Origin: a virus
Taxonomy: Duplodnaviria; Heunggongvirae; Uroviricota; Caudoviricetes
DNA length: 64,000 nucleotides
Strand: one strand, 5' to 3'
Virus record (IMG/VR): IMGVR_UViG_3300029288_000054
Span: 262,607 to 326,606 of that record
The notes beneath the pieces were generated by a model. The model was not told the DNA's origin and made no database searches. It was given only the letters and a program-made list of their open reading frames with translations. Within the stretch, counting starts at the first letter, position 1. Each line of letters begins with the position of its first letter. The position numbers and the translations under genes were made by a program. Below are positions 16,364 through 26,004 of the stretch, in pieces.

Positions 16364-19165
16364 ATGTCAAACATCACACGCCTACCGAAAGCGCCGACAG
16401 ATGGTATGGAGGTCTGTGATGTTTATGGATCTATTTGGAGATATGACAGACAACTAAATGCCTGGATGAATATCGGGACGATTGGTGATTCGCCGGTCGT
16501 GACCGACACTCAGGACGGCTTAGTATCCCCACCTATCTTCACTCGCCTTAGTGCGATAACTTCAGAGATTCAAAGCGGATTGAAGTTTGACTTTCTGAAA
16601 ATCTATCCGCATTTATCTGGATACTATTATTTATTTCAATCATCCAATCACACGATCACGTTCGAGCCAGAATCTGCACGCGATCTGAGAATGGAAGTGA
16701 GCCGACCGAAGTTGTTGGCTTTATTATCGCAATTAAAGTGCCCAGGAGAGCGGGGCCTTACTGGCGAACAGGGTGACGTCGGGGCTCCTGGCTCTCCTGG
16801 AGAACCAGAAAAGAAATATGCAGCGTCTATATCTAGTTCGAGGATGTCGATAGATGTGGCAGTTGATGATTCTCTTGATACCCCTATATCGTTAAGGCTT
16901 TTTGCTAGCTATTCTTCTACTCCGTCTGTGGTTATCAAGGTTGTCGGGTCCGAATTTGAGGTTATATCATCGTCGATCTCTATCGACGTAGCTTCGACGT
17001 TTTTAGAATATGCCGAAGGGCGATTATCAGGGCAGATAGCGAGTCAACAATGGAGCACACTTACGTGGCATTATAAAGCTTCGCAAATGGGCAAAAAAGG
17101 TCCTACCGGCGAAGATGGTCACGGTTTCATCAGTGTTGTAACGGATGATGTTACCGATGGTAACTTGAGATCAAATGCCGCTATTGTTTTACTGCGCCGT
17201 GGTGACGGTGCTAATACTATTAACTACCTGTCGGCTGATCTTTTCAAGACAAATTGCGTATCGAAACTAGCCGTTAGTCATATATGTGCCACCACTACAA
17301 CGTCACTGACAGATTCTTATGCGGCATTGCAGACGTCAACTGATAGTTGCAAGTCGATAACCAGATATATGCTCAAGCCAGTCGTGGCTGAGATGCCGAA
17401 TCTGGTTTTCAGCGAATGGACGCCGACAAGTACGTGCCTAAGGCAGCGGCATCTTGCTGCATCAAGATTGATGTGGCCAGACTATACCAAGGTTGATTCA
17501 GGGATGTTGCCATGGCAACAAGCTAATAAGAATATGGCAGCAGGCCCTGGTTATCCTTGGTCGATAGTTGAGGAATCTGACCCAGGACAACTATGCTGCC
17601 AAGAAGATTTCTTTTTCTGCTCTAATGTCAATGATGTTACCGGTGCTTGCCCTGTGACAGTTGTTGATGGAATTCAGACACCACAAGCATCTACTTTTGG
17701 GTGCGATTGCGATTGCCCGATTTCATTTTTACTAGAAGGTGGCTATGAATTTGAAGACGTGAAAGCGACAGCGATAGGCGATATATCTTCACAAGTCGCC
17801 ATTTGCAGTTTGAATGGTGGCCTTCATGAATATAATGTAACCATAAACGTATCGACTACGACGCCAGTATTAGTAGCTGTCACTTGGAAGATAGAGTACG
17901 ACACTATTTGCGATGACGCTAGAACGATATATCAATCACAGAACAGCACAATACCAGGTTTCACTTTTGATCCGCGTGTCGCAGTTAGCCAGTCTAATTG
18001 TCCTATAGGTTGGGCAGTTACAGATAAATCAATCGCGTCGACTACGATGGAGCGGCAAGCGTGCGATAATCGCCAGGCGCTCGCCAACATAGGATTCATA
18101 ACATATTATTTTAAAGGCACTGCTGGAACTATAGTTACGAGCGCTGAAGTCAATACACTCAGACTAAGTTGTTGTCTCGGTTATAAAGTTACTGTATCCA
18201 CGAATGTCCTTGACCCAGCAACGACCTCTATTGGAGATGTCTGTGCGGCTGAAATAACGTTAAGTCAGTCACCTTCGCCGTCGCCATCAGTATCGCCATC
18301 GACTTCACTTTCACCATCGATCAGTTTATCACCTTCAACAAGTTTGTCACCTTCGACTTCATTGTCGTTATCTCCCTCAGAATCGCCATCGATTTCAGAA
18401 TCGCCTTCACCATCGCCTTCTTTCTCACCGTCGTTATCTCCGTCAATAAGTGAGTCGCCATCGCCGTCTGAGTCGCTTTCACCATCAACATCTCTGTCGT
18501 TGTCTCCACTATATTCGCAATCACCATCAGTCCTATCAATATCACCGTCGCTGCTTTCGCCATCACTTTCACTTTCGCCATCTGAATCGCTTTCACCTTC
18601 ACCATCATTGTCTACTTCGCCATTAACCTCGCAGTCGCCATCAGCGCTTTCACCGTCGATCTCAGAATCGCCGTCACCTTCACTTTCATTATCTCCATCT
18701 CCATCCCCATCGTTATCGCTGTCACCTTCGACTTCATTATCATTGTCTGTCTCGCCGTCATTGTCGTTATCTCCTTCAACATCGTTATCGAGATCATTGT
18801 CTCCATCGCCTTCGCCATCAGCACAAGTTGCATCAGCCGATTTGTCATGGATCAATATTAGAACTTGGTTCGACGGTGGTGGTGAGGGTGGCAATCCTAG
18901 CCAAACCGGCGATGGTAATTTCCAATTTTCGCCGACTACATATTACTACGGCTCTGTTAACGTTTACCACGATCTCAACAGAGTGACAATTACGCCGACC
19001 GGTCCAGGAACAATAACAGTGCAAGGTGCTGTTGTTGCGTCTGGTACGCAGTCAGGTTATATAACAACGATAGCAGGGACGCCAGTAACTATTACTGTTG
19101 TGGCTACACAAGCTGGAAGAACACCGAAAACCTATACAATTATCATAACACAACATACGTCATAA
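16364..19165 (+). CDS. Large Cys-rich putative virion/surface protein with a Ser-Pro mucin-like tract
   Basis: Short Gly-X-Y segments, CCQEDFFFCSNVNDV motif, ~185-aa S-P/S-L alternating tract, beta-rich C-terminus. Paralogue of 19173-21974. Confidence 0.75.
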   Translation: MSNITRLPKAPTDGMEVCDVYGSIWRYDRQLNAWMNIGTIGDSPVVTDTQDGLVSPPIFTRLSAITSEIQSGLKFDFLKIYPHLSGYYYLFQSSNHTITFEPESARDLRMEVSRPKLLALLSQLKCPGERGLTGEQGDVGAPGSPGEPEKKYAASISSSRMSIDVAVDDSLDTPISLRLFASYSSTPSVVIKVVGSEFEVISSSISIDVASTFLEYAEGRLSGQIASQQWSTLTWHYKASQMGKKGPTGEDGHGFISVVTDDVTDGNLRSNAAIVLLRRGDGANTINYLSADLFKTNCVSKLAVSHICATTTTSLTDSYAALQTSTDSCKSITRYMLKPVVAEMPNLVFSEWTPTSTCLRQRHLAASRLMWPDYTKVDSGMLPWQQANKNMAAGPGYPWSIVEESDPGQLCCQEDFFFCSNVNDVTGACPVTVVDGIQTPQASTFGCDCDCPISFLLEGGYEFEDVKATAIGDISSQVAICSLNGGLHEYNVTINVSTTTPVLVAVTWKIEYDTICDDARTIYQSQNSTIPGFTFDPRVAVSQSNCPIGWAVTDKSIASTTMERQACDNRQALANIGFITYYFKGTAGTIVTSAEVNTLRLSCCLGYKVTVSTNVLDPATTSIGDVCAAEITLSQSPSPSPSVSPSTSLSPSISLSPSTSLSPSTSLSLSPSESPSISESPSPSPSFSPSLSPSISESPSPSESLSPSTSLSLSPLYSQSPSVLSISPSLLSPSLSLSPSESLSPSPSLSTSPLTSQSPSALSPSISESPSPSLSLSPSPSPSLSLSPSTSLSLSVSPSLSLSPSTSLSRSLSPSPSPSAQVASADLSWINIRTWFDGGGEGGNPSQTGDGNFQFSPTTYYYGSVNVYHDLNRVTITPTGPGTITVQGAVVASGTQSGYITTIAGTPVTITVVATQAGRTPKTYTIIITQHTS
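18263..18820 (+). repeat. Coding low-complexity repeat (SPSxS)n
   Basis: Ser at nearly every second residue, e.g. SPSPSPSVSPSTSLSPS. Confidence 0.9.
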
Positions 19166-19172
19166 GGAGTGA

Positions 19173-21974
19173 GTGTTGAATTGCCACGCGCTGAGTGATG
19201 GAACGAACCTTGCAGACGGTACTATCGTCATAGACGGTAGCGGCGATCGATGGCAATACAATAGCAAGTTGAATACCTGGTCTTGTATCGGCACATTTGC
19301 TTCGGTACCTGTGGTAACTGAAACCAGCGATGGCTTAATCTCGCCTACGATTTTCACACGCATTAATGCTATATCTGAGGCTATGCAAGACGGTCTTGAT
19401 TTTAACTTCCTTAAGATCTACCCGCATCTGACCGGCTATTATTATCTGTTTCAATCATCGAATCATACGATTTCGTTCTCACCTGAGTCAAACCACGATC
19501 TGCGAGTTGAAATTAATCGATCTAGATTGTTAGCACTTTTATCGCAGCTGAGATGCCCAGGCACAGATGGATTAACAGGAGAGCAGGGTGACAGAGGAGC
19601 CGCTGGTGACCCAGGTAAGCCAGAAGTAAAACATCCAGCAACAATAGACGGCTCAGCACTTATAGTAAACGCTACTGCAGTATCAACAATTGCAACACCG
19701 ATTTCGCTTAGGATATTTAAGAATGGTTCTAACAAGAGTTCACTAACAATCTGGCAGCCAGTGAATGGCGACCCTTTTGTTGTAGTCTATTCTGAATTTG
19801 AACTTGCAGCAGATTCGTTTCTAAATTACGACAATGTTACGTCTGTTATATCAGGGAGGCTTATATCGGATGAGTGGTCTGGCTATAGTTGGTATTACAA
19901 AGCCAACGAAATCGGTCGCAAAGGTCAACACGGCATAGATGGTGGCGGATTTATCGATGTAGTAGAGAATAGTTTAACAGACGATACTATAGAGGCCACG
20001 ACGGCGGTTATTTCGTTACGATCCAACAGCCTAAAGTCTGACATATACTTCTTTGCTGACAAGTTATTCCCGAGCAATTGTGTATCGAAGCTCGCTGTCC
20101 TGCATGCTTGTGCGACTGCAACAATAGCACCGCTAAACACTGTCGGCGATTTATCGTTAGCTGCGGTCAAGTCGACGATCGACGATTGCAAGACAATAAC
20201 GCGATTCAAATTTGCAGAGAAACAGATCGATACGCCGACGTTACAATTTGTGGAATGGACACCAATTGAGGCTTGCTGGACGCAACACCAAACAAACCAA
20301 TTCAAATGGAAGGATTTCACACCGGCATCGATAGTTGCATGGCGGCGGGCGAACTCAGATACTAACCGCGACTCTCGGTATCCGTGGGCTATTATAGAGC
20401 CACAGTTCCCAGGACAGCGATGCTGTCAGGAGGACTTCTTCTTCTGTTCAAACGTTAATGATGTTGCTGGCGGCTGCCCGGTACTAGTTGTTGAACCTAT
20501 CAAACCAGAGATCGTTGAAATATGCTGCCCATGCGATTGTCCTAGCTACTTAGACACTAGTTTAGATATCAATCTACCTTACACATATGACACAGACTCA
20601 TCAGAAGATCCAACTTGTCAAGGATTTGATTGTGTTGTTGATGGGACACTACAACATTACGAGATCAATGTTCGTATACCATGGACAGAAAGCGGTTCGA
20701 TTACTGCTAATATAACCTTTAGTTCGCAATTCAATACAATATGCGATGAAGCTAGATATATTAGTAGTGAATCGTGCCCGAATTATCCAGATGCCGCTGC
20801 ATGTCCTGTGTCGTGGTCTGCGGCATGCACCAACAATTCAGCAATAACTGGTGGCAAGAAATTTTCGACAATTGGATCACCACTTAGCTTCACATATACC
20901 GGCCCGAGCAACGTGTCTCTTGTATTCGGGATTGACGTTAACCTCGAAGGTGTTGTGTGTTGTTTAGGATATTCAATACTAGCTTGTGCAATTGGGTCTT
21001 CCACACGACCGACGACGACGCCTGCACCGACAACTACACCAGAGCCTACAATAGGACCACAACCAACTACAACAACTACGTTGCCACCGTTCCCGACGAC
21101 AACACCGCCACCGCCGACTACATTTTGGCCACCGACAACTTGGTGGCCACCGACAACACCGCCACCACCGACAACTCATCATCCGCCGACTACGCCAGGA
21201 CCAACGACCACATCTGGACCGCCACCGGTCATTTGCCCAGGTCAATGCAAGTGGTATATGTCGCCTGGAGGTGGTACTTGGTCAAGAGTGACCAATCCTT
21301 GCACTCCTGGATGCTCGTGTTCTGAACCAGATTCCTATACACCGAGAACGCCGATACCGGGCGGTGGAGCTTACGCATATACGAGATGCAAACCGACACA
21401 AACGACAACACAAGCACCACCTACTACACAGGCACCTCCGACAACTCAAGCACCGCCAACTACGCCACAGCCGACAACAACAGAAGCACCAGCTACATGC
21501 AATTATTCAATAACAGCCACATTGGCTTGGAGCAGTATTAGTGATTTGGATCTTTATGGCAAGTCGGGCGATGCTGCGACTTGCTTCTTTGGTAATAAAG
21601 GACCAACTGGTGGTCTGACATTAAACGTAGATGCTTACCCTAGTTGTGCTAGCTCTCCGAGCCCACCGGAAATAATTTCTGGCGGATTTGGTGCAAGTAA
21701 TAATTTCCGTTTTTGGTATAATAATTATACTACCAGTTGCCCCGGCGATCCATCAACAGCCGAAATAAAAGTAACAAACAATGGCCCGGCTACGATTTAT
21801 GTTAATGGTAGTGAGGTAGCACCAGGCGCAAACCATACAGAAAATATCCAACGGTGTGGTGCGTCGGGACAACAATCAGATTATGGTGGCGGCACGACAA
21901 TAGATGTGTCGTGTAATACACCACCAACAACTCCACCGCCTACGACACCGGCACCGACAACTCCGGCACCATAG
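19173..21974 (+). CDS. Large Cys-rich putative virion/surface protein with Thr-Pro mucin-like tracts
   Basis: Shares KIYPHLxGYYYLFQSSNHTI and CCQEDFFFCSNVNDV with 16364. PTT/PPTT tracts. The GTG/TTG start is uncertain by a codon. Confidence 0.75.
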   Translation: MLNCHALSDGTNLADGTIVIDGSGDRWQYNSKLNTWSCIGTFASVPVVTETSDGLISPTIFTRINAISEAMQDGLDFNFLKIYPHLTGYYYLFQSSNHTISFSPESNHDLRVEINRSRLLALLSQLRCPGTDGLTGEQGDRGAAGDPGKPEVKHPATIDGSALIVNATAVSTIATPISLRIFKNGSNKSSLTIWQPVNGDPFVVVYSEFELAADSFLNYDNVTSVISGRLISDEWSGYSWYYKANEIGRKGQHGIDGGGFIDVVENSLTDDTIEATTAVISLRSNSLKSDIYFFADKLFPSNCVSKLAVLHACATATIAPLNTVGDLSLAAVKSTIDDCKTITRFKFAEKQIDTPTLQFVEWTPIEACWTQHQTNQFKWKDFTPASIVAWRRANSDTNRDSRYPWAIIEPQFPGQRCCQEDFFFCSNVNDVAGGCPVLVVEPIKPEIVEICCPCDCPSYLDTSLDINLPYTYDTDSSEDPTCQGFDCVVDGTLQHYEINVRIPWTESGSITANITFSSQFNTICDEARYISSESCPNYPDAAACPVSWSAACTNNSAITGGKKFSTIGSPLSFTYTGPSNVSLVFGIDVNLEGVVCCLGYSILACAIGSSTRPTTTPAPTTTPEPTIGPQPTTTTTLPPFPTTTPPPPTTFWPPTTWWPPTTPPPPTTHHPPTTPGPTTTSGPPPVICPGQCKWYMSPGGGTWSRVTNPCTPGCSCSEPDSYTPRTPIPGGGAYAYTRCKPTQTTTQAPPTTQAPPTTQAPPTTPQPTTTEAPATCNYSITATLAWSSISDLDLYGKSGDAATCFFGNKGPTGGLTLNVDAYPSCASSPSPPEIISGGFGASNNFRFWYNNYTTSCPGDPSTAEIKVTNNGPATIYVNGSEVAPGANHTENIQRCGASGQQSDYGGGTTIDVSCNTPPTTPPPTTPAPTTPAP
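20999..21971 (+). repeat. Three coding Thr-Pro tracts (about 20999-21228, 21397-21495, 21919-21971)
   Basis: PTTTPAPTTTPEPT, PPTTQAPPTTQAPPTT and PPTTPPPTTPAPTTPAP. Confidence 0.85.
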
Positions 21975-21996
21975 TTTCTGCATAGTAGATAATACT

Positions 21997-23844
21997 ATGG
22001 CCAAGAAACTAACGATCGGGATGGCTCATTATAATGATTTTGATGGGATTTATTTCTCTATCCAAGCATTATGTCTATATCACGATTTAAGTGAAGTCGA
22101 TCTCGTTGTAATCGATAATTCTCCAAATACGCCAGATGGCAAATCAGTCGCATCTTTCTTAGCAGAGACGCCAGCACGTTATATTCCCTATGAAGATGTG
22201 GTTGGCGCTGCGAATGCAAAAGGTCGTGTTTTCGACGAAGCACAGACCGAATTCGTTCTTTGTATGGATTGCCATGTGATGTTGGCTCCCGGCGCAATTA
22301 AGCGTCTAGTCGAATGGTATGAACATAATCCAGATAACAACGATTTATTAACAGGCCCTCTTGTCTATAATAATTTACACGACATTTCAACGCATTTTGA
22401 TTTGACATGGCGTGGATCTATGTGGGGTATCTGGAGTCGCGCATGGGCTTGTAAGTGCGGAAGATATTTTTCAATACCGATAGCAGCCGAAGACACTGTA
22501 GTGCATGATTTGATGGATTTTGGTAAAGTCTGCCCAGAATGTCCTGATTGTGGGCTGCAATATCCTAAGATTTCATATTTTGGGCATGAAGCTGCATTTC
22601 AAAACATTGGCTGTAAGCAAATCGGATCTGATGACCATGGCCAGCCTTTTGAGATTCCAGCTAATGGTATGGGGCTTTTCACTTGCCGTAAAAGCGCTTG
22701 GCTTGGATTCAATCCGACATTCCGTGGATTTGGTGGCGAAGAAGGTTATATTCATATAAAGTATCGTCAAGCTGATAGAAAATGCTTGAATTTGCCGTTT
22801 CTTAGATGGATACACAGATTTCTGCGTCCAAACGGTACATCATATCCACTGAGTTACTGGGATAGAATCAGAAACTACGTAATTGGTCATCAAGAGCTGC
22901 AATTGTCTCTGGATGGAATAAAGAATCATTTTGTTGGTGTCGATAAACCGATAGACGAAAAATCTTGGAATTATCTACTTGAAGATCCTATTGGCCATAT
23001 TTTCGCGCCGTGTTCAGGGTGTCAACGTATCGGCAATACAATTGAAGAAGCGTTTGCTTGGACTGAATCGCATCCGCATAACATGGGTAAGTATATGCCC
23101 AGGTTTCGCGATTTAGCCTCGAAATGCAGCCATATAACGGCGTTTGTTAAGCAGAAAGAGTTTGATATTACTTTATTGGCTGGTCATCCGAAGGTGCTAC
23201 GGGTTTATACATCAGACCCGTCACCAGTTCATCAGCAATTGTCAGAGATGGCCGGTGATACTAGCTACGCGAACTACGCCATCGATTGGATGATGCTTAG
23301 CGACATCGACGAAACTGATTTGCTGGTGATTCATTCCATCCATCAAGCCGATAGGCTGTATGCTGAGTTATCCAGATTTGGCGGGCGAGTACGTCGTTGG
23401 ATCTTATTGCGGTCAACTGGTGCATATGGAGAAGTAGGTGAGCCTTCTGGTCCAGGTTTATTTGTAGCGATGCGTAAGTGGATGCGTGAAAATCCAGAAT
23501 GGTCAGTTATTGAACACCAGAACGAAGATTACGGCTATACTCTTCTTAGCAGAGATCCGGCAGATAAGAAGAAACTACCAGCGTTGCCGAAGATGGTGTG
23601 GAATTATACAAAAGCATTAATAAAACACAAAAAGTCGGGCGCTAGGACAGCAAGAGTCGAGACAATCGAAGCTAGGCTTAACAAATGTATGCTGTGTTTG
23701 CAACGTACAGCTAATCGTTGTGCTATTTGCGGGTGTTTCTTAGATGAAGGTCCCGGCGAAAGAGACGGGAAAGTGCTGTGGCCTGAATCGTTCTGTAATT
23801 TGGGTGAATGGGACGTAGAAAAATCGCTGTTTAAGATGAAATAA
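21997..23844 (+). CDS. GT-A (GT2/GT27-like) glycosyltransferase with a Zn-ribbon insert, a degenerate methyltransferase-like domain and a Cys-rich tail
   Basis: VVIDNS, DCH (DxH) and GFGGEEGYIH motifs. Internal CKCG/CPECPDCG. TDLLVIHSIH resembles xDLLFIDTxH. C-terminal CxxC...CxxCGC. Confidence 0.75.
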   Translation: MAKKLTIGMAHYNDFDGIYFSIQALCLYHDLSEVDLVVIDNSPNTPDGKSVASFLAETPARYIPYEDVVGAANAKGRVFDEAQTEFVLCMDCHVMLAPGAIKRLVEWYEHNPDNNDLLTGPLVYNNLHDISTHFDLTWRGSMWGIWSRAWACKCGRYFSIPIAAEDTVVHDLMDFGKVCPECPDCGLQYPKISYFGHEAAFQNIGCKQIGSDDHGQPFEIPANGMGLFTCRKSAWLGFNPTFRGFGGEEGYIHIKYRQADRKCLNLPFLRWIHRFLRPNGTSYPLSYWDRIRNYVIGHQELQLSLDGIKNHFVGVDKPIDEKSWNYLLEDPIGHIFAPCSGCQRIGNTIEEAFAWTESHPHNMGKYMPRFRDLASKCSHITAFVKQKEFDITLLAGHPKVLRVYTSDPSPVHQQLSEMAGDTSYANYAIDWMMLSDIDETDLLVIHSIHQADRLYAELSRFGGRVRRWILLRSTGAYGEVGEPSGPGLFVAMRKWMRENPEWSVIEHQNEDYGYTLLSRDPADKKKLPALPKMVWNYTKALIKHKKSGARTARVETIEARLNKCMLCLQRTANRCAICGCFLDEGPGERDGKVLWPESFCNLGEWDVEKSLFKMK

Positions 23845-24485
23845 TGATCAAATCGTTACATGATATCCATAAAGGTGAGACGATAGCTATCGTCGGTTCT
23901 GGTCCAACGGCAACTCGCTTTCTTGGTCAAGAGCCAGTATCAATAGGAGTCAATGGTGCTGCCAAACTTGGTAAGCGTTTCAGATACTTCATGTGTGGTG
24001 ATGCTAGGTCGTCACATTTTGATTGGTTCAACATCGACTGTTCTGCGGTTAGAGTTATAGCAAAGTTAACGGCTGCGCCAGACAGAATTTTATATCCACT
24101 CGAATTATTCCCAGACATTAAACGCGCTGCTGTCGCCACAGCTAAGCAGAGCACAATAAAGCTTCCACTACCAGTAGAACCGCATCGCACATTCATGTAT
24201 AAGTGGTATAGGCCCGAGAGGCTTAAGGCAGATATGAACTATCTTATGTTCGGAGGCACTATAAGTTGCTGTGCAGTACAGCTTGCTTATCTCATGGGTG
24301 CAACTAAGATCGTATTATATGGGTGTGGATTCAACAGCATCGGCAAGCATTATTTCTATCAGACGCCGAGACCCGGTAGCATTTCTGACAGCCAGCGTAC
24401 GGTGATGAATACCATAATCGGCGAAATAAGGAAACGTGGCGTTCAGTTTCAAATCGTCGGCGAAACAACACTCAATACGTTCTAA
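23844..24485 (+). CDS. Maf/MptE-like (DUF115-type) glycosyltransferase-like protein
   Basis: IAIVGSGPT, IGVN and AVQLAYLMGATKIVLYGCGF motifs. Confidence 0.7.
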   Translation: MIKSLHDIHKGETIAIVGSGPTATRFLGQEPVSIGVNGAAKLGKRFRYFMCGDARSSHFDWFNIDCSAVRVIAKLTAAPDRILYPLELFPDIKRAAVATAKQSTIKLPLPVEPHRTFMYKWYRPERLKADMNYLMFGGTISCCAVQLAYLMGATKIVLYGCGFNSIGKHYFYQTPRPGSISDSQRTVMNTIIGEIRKRGVQFQIVGETTLNTF

Positions 24486-24494
24486 AGGATAGAC

Positions 24495-26003
24495 ATGCCA
24501 ACAGCAACAATCATAATGTCGGTGTTGAATGAAGAATACACCGAAAAGACGATCGATACGATCATAGCGAACACTATGCCAGGGTTGATCGATGAATTCA
24601 TTGTTGTTGATGACTGTAGCAAGGTGCCTGTTGTGATAGATAGGCCGAATGTAAGAGTCATACGAAATCAGTTAAGAGAAGGCTTGCAACGATCACGCAA
24701 CACTGCTGCCGCCGCTGCTAAGTCGCCAGTCATAGTATCAATAGACGCCCATGTTAAGGTCGCACCAAACTGGCTGTTACCTATCGTCAATCGATTGACA
24801 GAACGATATAACTGCGTCGGTGTTCCTCTAACTAGAGGTCTTGATGCTCCAACTTGGATGGAGACTACTGCCGCATACGCCAAGACTGGTTGGCGTTGGA
24901 ATCTTGATTTCAACTGGATACATGATGACGGAACTGATAATACCCCGTGTCTAGCCGGTCACTGTTTCGCATTCACAAAGCAATGGTGGGAGGAGATCGG
25001 CGGATTTGATACTGGCATGTATAAGTGGGGATGTGAGAATATTGAATTCTCACTGCGCACATGGATGGCTGGCGGATCTGTCGAAATAATCCGTGATTCT
25101 GTGGTGGCACATTGGTTCAAGAACAAATTCAACTATGATCTCGATACAACGACGCTCGAACAAAATAAGGCACGTATAGCGGAAGTGTGGTTTGACGACT
25201 ATAAGAAGTTTTTCTATCAGGCTATTCGCAAGAAGCCGGGCGATATCAAGTTTGGCGACATCTCAGAACGCATGGCTATACGAGATCGTATTCAAAAGCG
25301 ACCATTTCAGTGGTTCTTGGACAACTTCTTGGCTGATTTATCTAAAATCGAGATGTTGAAGAACAGGCACGCCAATACCCGTATCGCTGTGCTTGGCGCA
25401 GGTCCATCGCTCGATCTTGTTACTAAGGGGATATTAGACGACTTCGATGTCGTTATAGGCGTAAATTGGAACGCTTTAGTATTCGACTGTGATTATGTCG
25501 TCTTCCATGATCTGAAACCAGCCGAGTCGGTGATGGACGCTAAGCGTTACCTACCGAATCAGCTCTTCATACCGAAAAAATTGAAAACTGGTGCTGGTAA
25601 GACGTCAGTAGAACCACCAGAGAAGTTTTTCGATTGCATTACTTATGATCTCGGTCCTCAAGATAGCGACTCTTGCTTGAATAACAAGGATCAACCATTC
25701 TTCCATCACGCCTCAACAGTTCATACCGCTATCCATATCGCTGCATTTCTCGGCGCGAAGTCGATTACTTTATTCGGCTGTGACGCGCGACTTGCTCCAG
25801 ACGGGCGTAGCCATACTACACTCGTCCCACAATATAATAAGGGGAAATACTGGCCCGACAACAAAGATACTGAAAATTACATTGCTCGTATCAACAGAGG
25901 ATATGACATGCTGCTCCCAGCTTTGAAAAAGTGGAATATTTCTCTATTGAGATACGAATATATGATGAGCAGCCAGCCAACTACGGTCCCTAAGAGTAGC
26001 TAA
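24495..26003 (+). CDS. Polypeptide GalNAc-transferase-like (GT27-like) domain fused to a Maf/MptE-like domain
   Basis: NE, IVVDD, RNQLREGLQRSR, D84-A-H86, WNLDFNW, W178-GCENIEFSLRTWMAGGSVEII, VAHWFK and NKARIAEVWFDDYK. C-terminal VLGAGPSL, IGVN and AAFLGAKSITLFGCD. Confidence 0.8.
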   Translation: MPTATIIMSVLNEEYTEKTIDTIIANTMPGLIDEFIVVDDCSKVPVVIDRPNVRVIRNQLREGLQRSRNTAAAAAKSPVIVSIDAHVKVAPNWLLPIVNRLTERYNCVGVPLTRGLDAPTWMETTAAYAKTGWRWNLDFNWIHDDGTDNTPCLAGHCFAFTKQWWEEIGGFDTGMYKWGCENIEFSLRTWMAGGSVEIIRDSVVAHWFKNKFNYDLDTTTLEQNKARIAEVWFDDYKKFFYQAIRKKPGDIKFGDISERMAIRDRIQKRPFQWFLDNFLADLSKIEMLKNRHANTRIAVLGAGPSLDLVTKGILDDFDVVIGVNWNALVFDCDYVVFHDLKPAESVMDAKRYLPNQLFIPKKLKTGAGKTSVEPPEKFFDCITYDLGPQDSDSCLNNKDQPFFHHASTVHTAIHIAAFLGAKSITLFGCDARLAPDGRSHTTLVPQYNKGKYWPDNKDTENYIARINRGYDMLLPALKKWNISLLRYEYMMSSQPTTVPKSS

Positions 26004-26004
26004 T

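Noticed and set aside
18265-18894. Long antisense Asp/Gly-rich ORF, and similar PVAP-rich antisense ORFs over 33416-41178
   Set aside because: These are shadow frames produced by Ser-Pro and Gly-X-Y repeats that lack stop codons on the opposite strand.
16364-21974. Both mucin-like paralogues are called at exactly 933 aa (possible length ruler)
   Set aside because: The second start (GTG 19173 versus TTG 19176) is uncertain and the internal domain lengths differ, so this is probably coincidence.
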